64,000 nucleotides of DNA from Octopus vulgaris (Eukaryota), in assembly GCA_951406725.2 (NCBI GenBank), contig OX597814.1:92628001-92692000 (forward strand), written 5' to 3'. Shown here in pieces: positions 50,567 to 64,000 of the stretch; positions within the stretch are counted from its first letter, which is position 1, and each line of letters starts with the position of its first letter. The notes under the pieces are model-generated. The model ran no database searches. It saw nothing but the letters and a program-made list of their open reading frames with translations, and was not told the DNA's origin. Both the position numbers and the translations under genes were made by a program.

Positions 50567-50572
<6 letters not shown>
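49790..50572 (+). mobile_element. Decayed 3' end of a Neptune-type PLE in (TA)n
   Basis: [16 protein letters not shown] resembles VFGLSLHRGHPDSRLR of the 42702 ORF. Terminal CCGTCGA-A-GAGC-TCC-GCTC-GAAA-CG-TC at ~50450-50476. Confidence 0.7.
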
Positions 50573-50609
<37 letters not shown>

Positions 50610-51042
50610 CATTCCCGCATTCTTCTTCTTCTCCTCCACCTCTTCCTTCTTCTTTTCCTCCTTCTTTCCTGCCAAGAATTCACAACGACCTCGAACCCAC
50701 AAGAGTAAACAAGAGAGACAGAGACAGGCAGAAACAAGGAAAATGCCCCTTGTATCTGGATGCTATGCAAATATCCTTTTGAAAAACTTTTCTTTTAACT
50801 TTTCCAAAATTTAATTGTTTCCCATACTTACAGTTGAAAAAGTCTCAATGTTTATAAACCGGTACTGAAATACGTTTTTATAAAATTGTTTTAGCATTTT
50901 CTACCTTGACTTTTTTTTCTACATATACATATATATATATATATATATATTATATTATATTATATTATATTATATATATATTAATATTATATTAATATTA
51001 TATTATATATATATTAATATTATTTTAATATTATATTAATAT

Positions 51043-51107
<65 letters not shown>

Positions 51108-51110
<3 letters not shown>

Positions 51111-51995
51111 GGTGGGTGGGTGGAAAGTAACTAGGTATCAGAAATTGATTATGAAATTTTTAGTATCACTGAAGTCATGACGAAAACATTTTGTTAACAG
51201 ACAACACTAATGGGGATTTTTCCTTTTCTTATTGTCCTATTTCTTATTTCTTATTTTCCAGATGGCCGGTCGCTTGACTGTTCAGGAGTGAGCTAAGATA
51301 ACAGCACGCTATGAAGTGTTGAATTCCCCATTGTTTTGGTTCAGAGATGGTGGCGTGCATGGAACGATAAGCATGCAACACTACGTCCGGAGATAATGAA
51401 AAGTTGTCATGCGAAGCTGATGACCAGGGGCTCGGTGAACGATGCAAGAAGTGGCTGTCCAACCACATCCCGATCAGCGGAGACATGACAACAGTGCATG
51501 AAATGTTTAATCGTAGCCCGCAAAAATCAACACGTCAAACAGTTCGCGAAAGTGTACTAACAAAATTGAATTTTCGGCCGTGGAAACCCATTACGTGCAG
51601 ATGCTAAAACCTGAAGACAGTGACCGCAGAAGTCCAGAGGTCCAGAACTCCAAGAAGTCTAGATCTCACTCCATGTGATATTTACCTGCGGGGTTACACA
51701 AAAGAAACGTACAAAACAAAACCGCACACACTGGAGGACTTGGAGACAAGGATTCAAGATATTTTCAATGATTCGGGAGGTTTTCACAGATGACGTCCTT
51801 CAGAAGGTTGTTCATTCCATCCCTGGCCGTTTGAGGAAACTGGTTGACACCACTGGTGCTTATGTTGAAATATGAAGATTCACTTTCATTTTCCCATGTA
51901 ATAAAGAACATTTATCATTTGTTTCAATAAATTTGTAAAAGGTGTTTGGATTTTATTACCAATTTTTAATGCCCACTTACTTTTCACCAACCCTG
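51108..51995 (+). mobile_element. Internally deleted Tc1/Tc3-like transposon
   Basis: Termini CAGGGT..G / CACCAACCCTG-TA. PRSLDLTPCDIYL and LQKVVHSIPGRLRKLVDTTGAYVE motifs. Confidence 0.8.
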
Positions 51996-52006
51996 TATAC
52001 ACATAC

Positions 52007-52084
<78 letters not shown>

Positions 52085-52664
52085 TTATATATAAGCATAC
52101 ATATATATACATACATATATACATGCATACGTACGTGTGTGTGTGTGTGTGTAGGCACGCACGTATGTGTGTGTTTGTGTGTATACGACGGGCCTTCATA
52201 CTTTTTCCGCTTACTAAATTCACTCATGAAACAATGCTCGGCCTAGGGTTATAGTAAAAGGTACTTGTCCAAGGTACCGCACGCTGTGACTGAACCGAAA
52301 ACCACATGGTTGCCAAGCGAACTTCTTAATCACCCAGCAATACTTGTAGCGTATTATATTGACATCTAAGTGTGAAAATACACATTGTATAAAAATATGT
52401 TAGTAGACGTGTGTGTAAGTATGCATATGTGAGTGTATGATGTGCGTGTGTGAGGTTACGCGCTAACAGGCGTCAGATTAGTATTGTAGCATTTAAATAT
52501 TGAAAGATTTATGTATGTACAAATAGAATATAATGCCGATAGGCAGACATTATATATCATAAAAATATGTGAGTGTGTGTGTGTTTATGTACATATGTAT
52601 GTCGTATTCATATATATATATATATATATATATATAATGCATGTATGTATGTATGTGTAAACGC

Positions 52665-52776
<112 letters not shown>

Positions 52777-53679
52777 TCAAAGCGTAACGAGAGCGAATTA
52801 TCTCTAGTAGTACAACTATCATGCCCTAACAAGTTTTGAATTTTGTGAACAATTTCATATGAATTATGAATTGATGAATTAGAGCATAAAATTGGCGCCT
52901 ATGTCTCATTGCTTATTTATCTATGCCAACAGGAAGATAAAAATAAGCATTAAAATTTGAAAAAAAAAAAGAAAAAACGAGTTTCAAATATTTTATGGAC
53001 AAAACGAAATTATTCACAAGTTTCCCAACCAAGGCCAGAAATGTTTCTGGAGAGGTGGTTAGTCGCTTACATTGCCCCAGTGCTCATGAAAGACGAAGTC
53101 AGATCTCAGCAGAATACGAAGTCAGGACGTACAGCCGGGAGAGATGCCGTCAGACATTTTGTATGGCCTACGAACGATTCTGCCAGCATGCTGCCGTCAA
53201 AAATTACCAATAATGAGTGTGATTAACAAATATTAAGCGAAATTACAGTGTGGCAACGTTAAGCAGTGATGTGTATAAATACAAGATTATTATCACTTCA
53301 ACTATGCTTGGAGATATTCGAACCCGTAAGAAAGCCATTCACTGTTTCTGCTTGTGAAATTTTCTCCGCTATTTTGTGAATACTGTAGCTAAAGGGTTGC
53401 GGTCCGTCCTGAACAGTATTGCTTTCTTTTGGGTAAATGTGTACTATATGTAGAGTTTTTCATAGTTGTGAGGAAGGTAGAAAGGTAAACTCAAGGTCGA
53501 CTCCGAGCGACATGAACTCTGCCTACGCAACTAGTTCACATAAATTAAATACTGTTGTTGTAGTGGTTTAGAGCCATGATTGAAAAGACCTAAAATAAAA
53601 GGCTTTCTATTTGTGACCATCTCTTTCTGTATATTTACGATACATCCTTCTTTTTCAAGACGGTAAACTGTTCTTTGAA

Positions 53680-53910
53680 GGCGGCGACCTGGCAGAAACG
53701 TTAGCACGCCGGGAGAAATGTTTAGTGGTATATCGTCTGCCGCGACGTTCTGAGTTCAAATTCCGCCGAGGTCAACTTTGCCTTTCATCCTTTCGGGGTC
53801 GATTAAATAAGTACCAGTTACGCACTGGGGTCGATATAATCGACTTAATCCGTTTGTCTGTCCTTGTTTGCCCTCTTTGTGTTTAGCCCCTTGTGGGTAG
53901 TAAAGAAATA
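53680..53910 (+). mobile_element. Full-length OK-type SINE
   Basis: Complete head, core and tail. TSD GGTAAACTGTTCTTTGA / GGTAAGCTGTTCTTTGA. Confidence 0.9.
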
Positions 53911-54397
53911 GGTAAGCTGTTCTTTGACGAATTTGGCTGCTATTTCTTGTAGGTCGAACAACTGTATTTGAAGCAGCCTCGAAGTTTTATCACTTGAATG
54001 CGAAGACAGTGTATCAACTCTTTAAGGTTCCTAAAATTAAATGTTAGCACTAAATTAACTATTGATTTTCGTAAAAATCATTTTATTTTTTAAACAAATG
54101 ATTCCAAAAGTGGGCGATAACTTTCCCTTGGGGATGTCTGAGGCCTGAAGACGGGTACTGGGGTGCAAGAAAGTGATAAAGGTGTTAGAATGCAAAGGGA
54201 GATGAAAAGGTAATGAAAAAAAAGAGTACAAATTTGCTCGTAAAAGTGTCATCTGCGGTATTCACAATGATAATATGATCTTATTAATGAAGAAGATTAA
54301 AAAATTAGTACTGAAGGTGTATGTATGCGGATGTGTGTATACACATGTTCACATGTGAGTGTAATGCATACATATACATAAGTGTGTAATACACGCA

Positions 54398-54434
<37 letters not shown>

Positions 54435-54714
54435 TCACACACACACACCGTCTACTCTAATGTATAAGACATGTTTTTTTTATTTTTCTTAAATGTTACA
54501 GAAAATTGCAACGCATTTAATGCATTTAATGCAACCATACAACGGATGAGATACCGAGTGTGTGAGTGTATGATTGAACATTATATTTGTTGTTGTTTTT
54601 GTTTTTTCAATAATATTTACTTTTTAGTGGAAAAAAATATGTAGGGGGTTGTTTTATGCGAGAGTGAGTTTTATACAACGGCAAATATGGTGCGCCTTAT
54701 GCACTGGTAAAGGC

Positions 54715-54797
<83 letters not shown>

Positions 54798-54799
54798 TA

Positions 54800-56072
54800 G
54801 ATAGACATTTCTCCTCAACCTCCTTCTTGCCAAAAGTGGACAGATTGCCATTACAGTGGCGTCTTCAGAAATAGCATCAACACTGCTAGACGGCGACAGA
54901 ACAGTCCATTCAACATTTAAGTTTCCCCTTAACATCAGCCGTATTGAAAATCCTACCACCAATATAAACAAGAATTCTGATGAGGCATTTGTCTTTCAAA
55001 AATGCAAATTGATTGTCTGGGATGAGGCAACAATATCCCACAAGAATGCACTTAATGCAATCGACACAATGCTACAAGACCTGCGCTCCAATTCTAAACC
55101 GTTCGGAGGCGTCGCTATTTTTCTTGCTGACTACTTTCGTCAAACCTTTCCTATTATCACAAAAGGCACACCAGCTGATGAATTAAACGCTTGCCTTAAA
55201 AATTATCATCTTTGACGCTCTGTCCAGTCGAGAATGTTAACCATAAACACGCGTTCCATTCTCCACCAACAAGACGATAACAATTCCTTTGCTTCAAAGT
55301 TATTGGATGTCGGTAATGAGAGCTTACCACACGACGAAAAACGTTTGGCTGATTTAAGTTATATCGGTAACTACGTCTCTAGCCCTGAGGAGCTATGCAC
55401 AACAGTTTACCCGAACCTCTCTACCAATTACATCAGTTGTGAATGAATGTGTGAAAGAGCCATCTTAGCTCCAGCAAATGCCACCGTCCAAGCCCTAAAC
55501 ACATATCTGCTTCGTCAACTTCCTACCCAAGAGCGATGCTATGCTTCCGTTGATTCAGTTACTGATCCAATACGAGTAACGTTTCTCCCAACAGAGTTTT
55601 TAAACTCACAAGAACCATCGGGATTGCCACCGCATAAACTTAGCCTTAAACTTGGTTGTCCTATTATACTCTTGGAGAATCTGGAGCCTCTTCGGCTTTG
55701 CAATGGCACACGTTTGGCTGTTAAGCAAATGTTGGATAACGTTCTCGAAGACACAATCATCAGAGGAAAAGGCACTGGCGACTCTGCTTTTATTCCCCCG
55801 AATTCCACTTATTCCGACTGACTGTTTTTGCGATGAAAAAAGTCCAATTCCCCATTCAATTAAGCTTTGCTATGATCATTAACAAAGCCCAAGGCCAGTC
55901 ACTAAAAGTGATTGAACTGGACCTCAATACACCATGCTTTTCACACGGACAGCTGTACGTGGGGTGTTCCAGAGTTGGAAACTCGGCCAATCTCTTCTTC
56001 TACACTCCCGAAAGATTGACAAAAAACGTGACTTACAAGGCAGCCCTCCAATATTTTATTCCTTTGAGTTGA
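54800..56072 (+). pseudogene. Helitron PIF1-like helicase fragment, disrupted
   Basis: VASSEIASTLL..RTVHSTFK, IVWDEA, PFGG..DYFRQ, AILAP, LCNGTRL, QFPIQLSFAMIINKAQGQSL, FSHGQLYVGCSRV, with stops and frameshifts. Confidence 0.9.
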
Positions 56073-56534
56073 AATCCTCTTCAGGTTGGCCCTTATTGCG
56101 CTTATTTACTCCTCACAATAGATTATGTTAATCTTCCGACAAATGCCCGTTGTTAAAGTCAAGCATTTTTTCATTTGAATGCACAGCTTCCCAGATGCCT
56201 CAGATAATTTCATATTGCAATTACACATATTTCTTACAGATTGCCTTCATGTCTATAGAAATGTGAATGCTTTTTGCACCGCTTCTTCAGCCATCCAGTC
56301 AATTAAACGGCATTTCGAACGATAGTTTTTTTTCATATTTTCACATTTTAATACCCGATATCTGCAAATAAAACATGTTCCTTTTTGAATACCTCTTATT
56401 TTTGATTTAAAGTCTCAACTATGTCAAATAATCCTCAATTTTAAGCATAGAGAGAAGCGGAATTACACTATTTTAGACTCCAATTCTATCATGAACTTAC
56501 ACGGTCCAATAGACGGAAGGTGTTTGCTTGTGTG

Positions 56535-56596
<62 letters not shown>

Positions 56597-56600
56597 ACAT

Positions 56601-56671
<71 letters not shown>

Positions 56672-57488
56672 GAGACTCCAGGTCATCAGCGTCATTCGGG
56701 CTCATTACTGATGTTGTATAAGACACATGCCTGCTCGAAGTATTTCACGTTTTCCCGCTTTATTTCTAGCCTGAAATGGTTTATTTTTTTATATCTAACA
56801 CTATGTCTTTCTCCATTTCTAAGTTAAGGGTAAAAATAAAGCAACCTTGCAAAACACAACTGATCTTTACGCACAGAATAACATCACAGACACAGAATAA
56901 CATCAATCAAATAACGAAAGCGGTGTGCACAACAAACAATAGCTATCTGACTATCGTCTGTACTCGTTAGTCTTTTACACTTACCAGGCTCGTTCGTATT
57001 AGCCCAAGTTGCAGGATAATTGTCCGTTCCTTTAAAAATATCGTAGAACGGCAACTTTTTTTGTGCAGAAAAGGTAATCGTTTTGTAGAAGTTATTAATT
57101 TTCTGGCTGTCAAGATAAGTTTTTGTTTTTTTTCGTTATGCGTGTTATATCAGAGATATAATGTAGTTTGCAAATGCTTGTTTTGTTGAACTCACAAAAT
57201 ATATCTTTTTTTGTTTTGTTTTGTGAAACAGAATAATAGAAAATAAATATTCAGTCATTAGATACATATTTTTATGGAGATTATGCTAATGGTAGAAACC
57301 AGGTCACCTTTGGAAATTTTTTGTATGCTTATTTATCATAAATTTTTGTTCAACAACTGTTTGCATAACAAATTATCAAATTATCATGATAATAAAAGTA
57401 ATACTGAAAATTTCTCTATTATTTGATAAATTTTACAAATTTTATTTGTATTAATAGTTTCTAATTTTTTTCAAAATTTACCTGTTTC

Positions 57489-57940
57489 GGATCTTTTCGG
57501 TTTGAACGGCAGTTTTTTCAAGCGGTGTCATATGAAATTGTCACCCATAATTATGACCCTAGTATCGATCTATTGCATTTCAATCTGTTTTAGGGTTAGG
57601 GTTAGTTAGAGTTAGTTGGGGTTAGTTAGGATTAGGGTTAGGGGTGGGAGGAAGGGTATCTTTTTTTCTTCACAAATGTAAATAAACCCAATCTGTTTCT
57701 TAAACGAGGGACATTTTCATACGGCACAGAATGTTTTCACCTCGATAGACGTCATTGATTGGTTGAAATTGCAGAAATTGAAGAAAAAAAAAGCAAATAT
57801 CTTACAAACTATAGAATTTTCTCAATAAAGCCAAGAGAAAAAGATGTTTTATAAACACTTTCTACCAGTATACGAAGTTTAAAAGTGTTTAGTTACGTGG
57901 AAATTATTTTTAAAAACTGCCGTTCAAATCGAAAAGATCC
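57489..57940. mobile_element. Second copy of the GG..CC TTAGGG-containing MITE
   Basis: Same TIRs and body as 37068-37493. TSD CCTGTTTC / CCTTTTTC. Confidence 0.85.
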
Positions 57941-58489
57941 CCTTTTTCAATTATTAACCATTTATTACAAAATTGAAGTACTTTTTCCACTAATAATGGC
58001 TAAAGAGTCACAGAAAAATTAAAGATTTCAAGAAGGGACCATGAACTAAAAACAAAAATGGGAACCAATGATGTAGCCTACCGGTAATAGTTAAGGGGAC
58101 TCGGTCTCCTTACTCCTCGCAGTTTATATAACACGTTTTATTGCGCATATATGGGCCATTTGGTGAAGCTTAAATTAGCTTATGGACAAATCTCTAGGCG
58201 TGGTCCTTGCTGACAACGTCATTGTAAGCATGAAATGAAGATATTGCATATGTTCATTGTATTTAGAAGCAAGGGGAGAAGAACAATATGAAAAGAACAT
58301 AACTATCCTCTCCATTTAGCAAACTCCCACTTCACTCCCTTTTCTTTTTTAGCAATGTTTATTTGTTGCTAAAGGGCAAAAAAGCTATGTAGAAAGCAAT
58401 AAACACTATTTGGTTTATTTTCTTTCTTCCTTACTACATTATCTTTGGGAACCATGAAAGTATGTAAGAATAACTACTACTACTACTAC

Positions 58490-58575
<86 letters not shown>

Positions 58576-58950
58576 AAAAAAATAACTACAGGAACAACAG
58601 ATAGATATAACAATAACATAATAGGGCCAATGACACACGCACGGGAGAAAGTGTAAACAATAGTAAAAGGGATTACAAATAACTTGAATAAAATATTTTG
58701 TGGTATTAACATAACTGAAATGTTGCTTGCTTTATAAAAATGCGTTGCTGTTTAGCTACGCACTTCTTAAGAAGCTGTCCCAAATATATTTAGAAAAAAA
58801 GAAAAGAAAAAAACATTGCAAACCAAGACGAATTTAACAGGAAATGTAGTTTTAATCCCAGGTGAACTCTGACTCTGATCAAATTTGTCACACCTTAACC
58901 ATACCATCGTTATTGCATGTTTTGATATATCGGGCACGACATCGTCCAAT

Positions 58951-59147
58951 CAATAGCATAGCTAGGTAGAGTGGGGAGAGGGTTGATGATCGGGGTGGTC
59001 CGCTCTGGACGGCACTGTTATGGAAGGTGGCACTTTTGGATCTGCTGTTTAAGCTAGTTTAGGGAACTGGACGGTGGACTTGCTGGGTGCTGGAGGTGGC
59101 AAACTCGAGGGCTGCCCCAGTTTTCACACACTCTAGTTACGTCACTG
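58951..59147. mobile_element. Possible hAT (Tip100-like) MITE
   Basis: Imperfect TIR CAATAGCATAGCTAG / CTAGTTACGTCACTG with a GC-rich body. No clear TSD. Confidence 0.4.
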
Positions 59148-60920
59148 TATACATTCTATGTACAGCCAGGTTGTGACTGAAAACGGGTTTGATTGCTACT
59201 CTTTGTTTTTGTCTTGTTTCATATTACATGTAGTTGTTTCTGTTTATCCCCGGATCGACCTTGATTTAATAAATTTATGACCAATGGAATTCCAGTCATA
59301 ACTACTCCGCCTGTTCCGGGACTATACAAACCAATTAATGAGCCGCAATAAAAACAGTATATGTTTTAGTAAGGAATTCATGCATATTATACGCGCACCC
59401 ACGCACACACATACACACACGCGCGCACGGCATAAATAGACGCGCACAAATGTAAATGGATCTTTGTCCGTTTTGACCGTAAGAATTCTAAGAATTCAGT
59501 TGTTCGATCAAGTGAACTACTTGCCCCTTTGCTCATTGAAATAACATGTCAGTGGCTGAATATTCCACAGACATGTGTATACTTAGTTCCTCGGATAGAA
59601 TCTGGGTGATACATGTGTGACAAGGCTATAGCTTTGAATTATGGGTACAAAGGTTCAAACTTACTGCACAAGCGGTTTTCGCTCAATCATTTCCTTTCGC
59701 AAGGTTTCTGTTAGCTCGAGGCTCAGGCAAATGACACTTATCTAAGATGTCATGCAGTAGAATTGAACCGGGGATCAAGTAGCAGATTTTCTTAACCATT
59801 GAGTCATACATACATTGAGTCACACATACATACATACATACATACATACATACATACATACATACATACATACATACATACATACATACATACACTAGTC
59901 GAAGCGACAAGTCGCATATTTGGCTTGGAAGACTATTTATCAAAAATACGATAAATACCATCTTCGACTTTGGAGTCACAACTATCAGCCTTGTTAAATA
60001 ACTGGTTAATCCCCAGGTGACTTAACTGAGGAAGTCTTTTATTCACGAACGTAGTGATTTTCGACTGAAACTTGAATTTATCATGCAGAGGATTACTACA
60101 AACAACATGGCTGGACACATCAACAACACAATCGAGAACAGAACGAAGACAACAGTTCAACAGGTAAACAAATTTTTCCTAGCTGTAGTTATAGAAGAAA
60201 CCGTAACAACAAAATTCATTTCTCTGGGAGTTATATGAGCATGTCTAGATATGCGACTATATGCATGAGAATACATACATAAAACATACAAAGCTGCACA
60301 TACATACATACATACATACATACATACATACATACATACATACATACATACATACATACATACATACATACATACATTATGGTTGCCCCCTCGTTATCGA
60401 GTATGGCCATTGCACGAAGCTTAACTGTTACTGTCGCTGTGATCGAATGTGACTTTTTAGCCCAGCTAAAAATCTGCAATGTCTTGTACAGAATTGGCAA
60501 CCGGTAATAGCCGGCTGTAGTTGTAACTGGGCTTCATGTACCTTTGCATGTCGTTTAAGTCCTCCTGCCGAATTACACTCTCTTCCAAATGCCCCCGACA
60601 GATATGATTAGTATGGTGTGTTACACCACCACCAGTGGCCAGGTTGTCACTCATCTGTCTCGCTTTATGACTACGAAGATGACTCTTGAGTCCAGCTATG
60701 TAAAAAAAAACATATGTATGTATGTTTTTTTTTTACATACATACATACATACAAACATACATACATACATACATACATACACACATACAAACAAAAATAC
60801 CCTATTATTGATGTTGAAATTCCAATGAAGGAGACTTCGATCTAGATTAGAAACCGGTTCTTTCTCTATTGGCAAGAAATCTTGAAATAACTTAATAATG
60901 ACATTCATATATACATGCAT

Positions 60921-61306
60921 AGGCGCGGGCGTGGTTGTGTTGTCAGAAACTTGCTTCCCAGCCACATGGTCCCGGATTCAGTCCCTCTACGTGGCACCTT
61001 GGGCAAGTATTTTCTCCTATAGTCTCGGGCTGACCAATGCCTTGTGAATGGATTTGGTAGACGGAAACTGAAAGAAGCCCGTCATGTGTGTGTGTCTGTG
61101 TCTGTGTTTGTCTTATCACCATCGCTTGACAGCCGGTGTTGGTGTGTTTGTGTCACCGTTATTTTACAGTTCGGCAAAAAGACTCCGATAGAATAAGTAC
61201 CAGGCTTAAAAAATATAAGTACTGGAATCGATTCATTCGACTAAAAATTCAAGGCGGTGACCCAGCATGGCCACAGTCTAATGACTGAAACAAGTAAAAG
61301 ATAAAA
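60921..61306 (+). mobile_element. Full-length OR-type SINE
   Basis: GGCGCGGGCGTGGTTGTG head, GTGGCACCTTGGGCAAGT core, internal (TG)n, tail GACTGAAACAAGTAAAAGATAAAAGA. Confidence 0.85.
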
Positions 61307-64000
61307 GACAACAGATACATACATACATACATACATACATACATACACACACATACATACATACATACATACATACATACATACATACATACATACATAC
61401 ATACATACATAATACGTACCTACGTACGTATTCACATATAATACACGTATATATATAAATATATGAAAATCAACATAACCGCAAATACATATACACATGT
61501 ATATAGGTGCATATATTTAAATATTCACACTTGTTCTCTTGCACAATTACAGATACTAGCAAATCTACCCATCTATGATGGAGGCATAAGATGAGGGAGA
61601 TAAGTCATAATAACAGTATGTATTGAGAAATGTGTAAATGGACTTGATAGATTACTGGGTGATGTCTTAGAGAAATCACATTATTGTTGGTGATACAGCA
61701 TTCTATTGCAGCTATATGACATGTGCTTGTGACTAAGTGACATGTGATGACGATTCACTCCCGAACTGAAATAGGCTCCCGACCTCTGTATCATGAATGG
61801 TTATGTGGACCACTCTTAACGAAAGCCAGAGCTTCCATCGACCACTACATAAAAAGTATTAAGAAAAAGATGTTATTTAGATATACTTTTATTTTAGTTG
61901 CTTACACTGTTTTACGCTTCAAAGTTCACAAACTTCCTTATTTGAATTATGAATTATATTCCTTTCGGTAATATCAATATGATTACAAAACTTCTTTGTA
62001 GACGATATTTTCTTTTTGGTCGACACAAAATTTTCAATTTACTGGAGTCCGTTGCTCTACTCTTAGCGACGTATAACTGCCGTGTGTAAACATCGGAGTG
62101 GGTGAAAATACACTTACACGATCTATAGTTTGGCCTTGTGCCTTGTTTGCTGTGAACCTTTAGGGTTGCAAAAAGTCAAACTAAGACTTACCTCTCACTG
62201 TTCTATGCGAATAATATCTGGATGTCCTGGTACCATGGGTTATTTTGATTGACAAAACTGTGACAACAGCCGCTTCGATTAGCCATTTCGAATCCTACTC
62301 GAGACTAACAGACTTCAATAAACACTAAATAATCACACACTTTTTCCATTTTATCTTCGCTGTTAACCGTCCTCGCGACCCCATTCGTATCTGCGATGGG
62401 GCCACGAACTATACAATGAAAATCCAGAGTTACTCGTGGTCGGTGATTTTTTTTATAAAAATGCGAAGGTGGTTTATCAATTCAAGAATCGATATCCACG
62501 AAATAATCATACTTTCTGAGTTTTTAATGCTAAAAGTTCACGAATACATGAAAATCGAAAATTCGAAAACGAAAGTTTACGATGCCCTCTAGGATTTTCT
62601 TAAATGAATTGCAATTTTCGTATCAACTGCACCACATAAACTCGCAGAGATACGACTCAACCATAGAACGGTGAGTGTCACAGCGTCGTTTATTACTTCG
62701 CTTTACAGAGGCCCGTGTAGGTACCATCGGTTGCGAGTAGGTACCATTTTCGAGTTAATAAACTCAATGCTGTGGTTCACGAGTGCTACACACGAGTACA
62801 CAGGTTACAGAACAGCTTGGCTCGTTACTATGGAAACAGGTGTCTGTGGCGTTCGACTGGCAAAAATTACCCAAAATTTGCAAACTTTAAAAGATATTAA
62901 CTGCTTATTTATTAATTTGTGGCGAATATGAATTTCATTTCCATAATTAGCATACAAAACTACATCAATGCACCAAATTTGTAATTAAATGGAACAAAAT
63001 CGAAGGAGTTTAAAAGCGAAAAGCAAACAGAAAAGATCCTAAATCTATTTATCTAGGCCACAACGAAATTTAAATATTGCACACGTTACAGGGTACAAGC
63101 TTAAAGAATTTATTTCACTTTAGCTTGAGTCGTGGAGAGTTGATAATGCTTATTGAAATATCGCATTTCATAATCAAATTTAACATCATGAACATCGTTG
63201 CGAAATAATATCACACTTTTCAAGCATTATCTTGATAGTGTAACAAAGGAGGTTTCTTCATGTGATGGAATATAATATATTTCTTACATAATTAGGAAAG
63301 GTGCTCATGCAGTGCAGTTATTGGAAACATCCAGATAGAACAGCGTAATATGACACGTAGAGAAAGTCTTTGTTAAAAGATCAACATTTGGGCTAATTTT
63401 TACATACATATTCAGGTACGATGGCATGTCTTCTTCTTCGATCATTCCAAGTTGAATATGCAGCTATGAAAACAGCTTTTCAATCAAATGAAGATACCAA
63501 TTTGGTAAATTCACGCCTACCGATTGGCAAACGTGAATTTATGTCTCTTCTTTTGATAACTCTTTTTAGACATTTCTTAAGACATTTAGGAAGTAGAACT
63601 CTTATATTGTCTCGCATAGTAGTCGGTAGTTACAGCCATTTCTACGGAAATTTTGTCTTAAATTACAATACTTAATTCTCCCTCGCCTCAGTCTCGTTTA
63701 CAAATTCTGTCTGATTAAATTACTATTTTCTCTCTGTGTCCTGAGAGAAAGCTGTATATTTTATTCCCGATCTGACTGAGAAAATACAGCTAGAAGCCTT
63801 GTATATACAATATGTTAATAATAGCAGCAATACAACGTTGTTTTCAATAAATGTACATACAAAATTATGTATAATATGTTTAATAAAAAATAGTCTCGCT
63901 GAGGAAAGAAATATCGCAAACAAGCGAACAGTGTGTTCGGTAGATAAGAATGAACGAATCGACCGTCATGGGTTTCGTGTTAATTCCATTTTTTATGACT

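Noticed and set aside
54800-56072. Host PIF1 helicase gene
   Set aside because: Intronless, disrupted, truncated at a (GATA)n tract, with Helitron-type motifs.

Overview
AT-rich, microsatellite-dense animal DNA, almost certainly Octopus, judged from the OK/OR-type tRNA-derived SINEs and RTE tails. Most ORFs in the supplied track are microsatellite artefacts. One probable host coding exon missed by the track lies on the minus strand (22364-22435, MPRRIFDNDEEIALQSEIQRELDR|GTAAG). It implies that 1-22363 is intronic, which fits visible CpG decay left of about 17 kb. The rest is transposon-derived: SINEs, RTE and CR1/Jockey-group LINE pieces, Tc1/mariner elements, hAT, piggyBac and GG..CC MITEs, Helitrons, a Gypsy gag fragment, a solo LTR, and many Penelope-like element (PLE) pieces, including a young Neptune-type and a decayed Naiad-type copy. 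The most striking unexplained structure is a set of at least 9 mostly sequence-unrelated, asymmetric fold-back elements of 190-640 bp, nearly all in (TA)n/(CA)n microsatellites. Several carry type I hammerhead ribozyme cores with a palindromic stem III and a very long, rod-like stem II (54-97 nt). The same ribozyme architecture ends the Naiad PLE. All calls were made by eye; no alignment, folding or database search was run, and coordinates of decayed elements are approximate.
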